The translations under genes were made by a program, and so were the position numbers. From positions 416,001-480,000 of the forward strand of contig JAXGMI010000002.1 of the NCBI GenBank assembly GCA_040768745.1: a DNA stretch of 64,000 nt, in the 5' to 3' direction. Position 1 is the first letter of the stretch. Every line of letters starts with the position of its first letter. Below, in pieces: positions 61,971 to 64,000 of the stretch. The DNA is from Desulfomicrobium sp. Its GTDB lineage: Bacteria; Desulfobacterota; Desulfovibrionia; Desulfovibrionales; Desulfomicrobiaceae. The notes below the pieces were generated by a model that did not search any database, was not told the DNA's origin, and saw nothing but the letters and a program-made list of their open reading frames with translations.

Positions 61971-63487
61971 GTCGTGTCCTCCTGCCTTTTGGCCAGGCGG
62001 TTCAGGGCGTTCAGGTAGGCCTTGGCGCTGGCCACGATGATGTCCGCATCGGAAGCGCGGCCCACCGAAGTTTTTCCGTTTTCCTCAATCTTCACCGTGA
62101 CTTCGCCCTGGGCGTCGGTGCCGCCGGTGATGGCGTTGACTGCGTACCTGATCAGCTTGGGATAGCGGCCCACGACCTTGCCGATGGTGTTGAACACGGC
62201 GTCGATGGGGCCCGTGCCGAAATCCGACAGGATGCGCTCCTCTCCGTCAACGTACATTTTGACCACCGCGTTGGGGATGGCCATGTTGCCGCTGATGGCG
62301 CTCAGGTATTCCAGGCGGTATTTGTCCGGGATGCGTAAGATCTCGTCCAGGACCACGGCTTCGAGGTCTTCCACGAAAATCTCCTTCTTGCGGTCCGCCA
62401 GTCTCTTCATGGCGGCAAAGACGATGTCAATCTGTTTCTCGTCCAGACGGTAGCCCAGGTCCCCCAGGCGCTTGGCCAGGGCAGCCCGGCCCGAATGCTT
62501 GCCCAGGACCATGTCCTCGGCCTGCCGCCCCACGGACTCGGGGGTCATGATCTCGTAAGTCTGACGGTTCTTGAGCACCCCGTCCTGATGGATGCCGGAC
62601 TCGTGGGCAAAGGCGTTGGCGCCGATGATCGATTTGTACGGAGGGATGGGCTGACCGATGATCAAGGACAAAAGACGGGTGGAGGGATAGATCTGCTCCT
62701 TCTTGATGTGCGTGGTCAGCTGATAGAAATCCTTGCGCACGTCCATGGACATGACCACTTCCTCCAGGGCCGCGTTGCCGGCCCGCTCGCCGATGCCACT
62801 CAGGGTCACCTCGGCCTGCCGCGCCCCGGCCTTCAGCGCCGCCAGGGTGTTGGCCGTGGCCAGACCAAGATCGTTGTGGCAGTGCACGGAAAAAACTGCC
62901 CTGTGGCTGTTGGGGATGCGCTCCAGCAGGTATTTGATCAGTTCGGCGAACTCCTGGGGCTGGGTGTAGCCCACCGTGTCCGGGACATTGATGGTCGTTG
63001 CCCCGACTGCGATGACCCGCTCGAAGACCTGGGCCAGAAAATCCCAGTCAGAGCGGGACGCGTCCTCGGCCGAGAACTCCACGTTGGAGGTCTTGGACGC
63101 CGCGTACTTGACCGCCTCCTCGGCCATCTCCAGGACCTGGTGGCGTTCCTTGCGCAGCTTGAATTTCATGTGGATGTCCGACGTGGCCAGAAAGGTGTGG
63201 ATACGCGCCTGAGGATTGGCACGCACCGCCTCCCAGGCCCTGTCGATGTCCGCCGGCAATGCCCGGCACAGACCTGCCACCTGGCAACCCTGCACGGCCC
63301 GCGCTATCTCGCGCACGGCCTCGAAATCGCCCTGGCTGGCGGCGGGAAACCCGGCCTCGATGATGTCCACGCCCAGATTCTCAAGCTGCCGGGCCAGACG
63401 TACTTTTTCGCTCGTGTTCATGGTTGCGCCCGGCGACTGTTCCCCGTCACGCAAGGTCGTGTCGAAGATGAAAATGCGGTTGGACAT
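61955..63487 (-). CDS. leuA: 2-isopropylmalate synthase
   Basis: DTTLRDGEQ, HCHNDLG, GIGERAGN, HESGIHQDG, C-terminal regulatory domain. Confidence 0.97.
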   Translation of the reverse strand: MSNRIFIFDTTLRDGEQSPGATMNTSEKVRLARQLENLGVDIIEAGFPAASQGDFEAVREIARAVQGCQVAGLCRALPADIDRAWEAVRANPQARIHTFLATSDIHMKFKLRKERHQVLEMAEEAVKYAASKTSNVEFSAEDASRSDWDFLAQVFERVIAVGATTINVPDTVGYTQPQEFAELIKYLLERIPNSHRAVFSVHCHNDLGLATANTLAALKAGARQAEVTLSGIGERAGNAALEEVVMSMDVRKDFYQLTTHIKKEQIYPSTRLLSLIIGQPIPPYKSIIGANAFAHESGIHQDGVLKNRQTYEIMTPESVGRQAEDMVLGKHSGRAALAKRLGDLGYRLDEKQIDIVFAAMKRLADRKKEIFVEDLEAVVLDEILRIPDKYRLEYLSAISGNMAIPNAVVKMYVDGEERILSDFGTGPIDAVFNTIGKVVGRYPKLIRYAVNAITGGTDAQGEVTVKIEENGKTSVGRASDADIIVASAKAYLNALNRLAKRQEDTTCDRL

Positions 63488-63604
63488 GGCTGATCTCCTT
63501 TTCAATAATTGATAATCGATTGATGATAAATACTGTTTCCGGGCCGGTGAAGCGCCCTGAATTGCCGTTTCCTGCAAACGATGCTGAGGGGGTTACGTGT
63601 TCCT

Positions 63605-64000
63605 TTACGAGATCTTGTGAGAAGACTCTCGTAGGAGGGATTTCCCGCGTAGGGGCAGAATGAAGTAGGAGTAGACGAGACCGGAAATGATGTAAAAGAT
63701 GAAAAAGACGAAGCTCAGAAGCTTCGGCTCGGAAGCGACCAGCACAAAGACCAGCAGGGCTGTGACCGTGGCGCTGAAGCGATGGGCGCGGATGACCTCC
63801 GGGTCCTTGAAGGATGCGTAGCGGACATTGCTGACCATCAGGATGGAAACAAGAAAAGCCAGGCCCAGAGTGATGCGGGGAATCCAGTCGACAAAGGTCC
63901 CGGGGATGTACGAGGAAAACAGCACGAAGGTGGCCAGGGTGCAGGCTGCGGCCGGGATGGGCAGACCGATGAAGAAGCGCTTGCTGATCTTGCCCGTCTG
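63605..64000 (-). CDS. pssA: Phosphatidylserine synthase, 3' part (runs out of window)
   Basis: KRFFIGLPIPAAA...LMVSNVRYASFK. Confidence 0.85.
   Translation of the reverse strand, partial: QTGKISKRFFIGLPIPAAACTLATFVLFSSYIPGTFVDWIPRITLGLAFLVSILMVSNVRYASFKDPEVIRAHRFSATVTALLVFVLVASEPKLLSFVFFIFYIISGLVYSYFILPLRGKSLLRESSHKIS

Noticed and set aside
63500..63604. Leu attenuator or Fur box upstream of leuA
   Set aside because: No Leu-rich leader peptide or terminator found; only a half-site resemblance to a Fur box

Overview
A 64 kb chromosomal window from a GC-rich sulfate-reducing bacterium (Desulfovibrionales; Desulfomicrobium-like by inference from gene content). Positions 1-4100 are the decayed edge of a mobile island: a phage-satellite-like gene module (HGGxSTG protein and partner, frameshifted Ogr/Delta-like zinc finger, repeat-rich non-coding DNA), IS1380 and ISL3 remnants and a PEP-CTERM stump. 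Next come the lactate-oxidation operon (por, permease, D-LDH-like pair, pta, ackA) with its LurSR-like sigma54 two-component system and visible enhancer palindromes, then housekeeping genes (pyrC, dus, gltA, pat, acs, Aas-like, TtuBA-like). A HesB-like selenoprotein missed by the ORF track precedes tRNA-Val and tRNA-Asp. The following accessory stretch holds a Sec-lyase-like desulfurase, a VTT/Fe-S fusion, a TSUP exporter and a compact DpaA-like / Lpp-OprI-like / LdtA-like trio. The window ends with SmsCB, a RluD-CoaE fusion, a Rex paralog, a divergent EF-G, leuACDB and partial pssA. All calls come from reading motifs by eye; no database searches were run.
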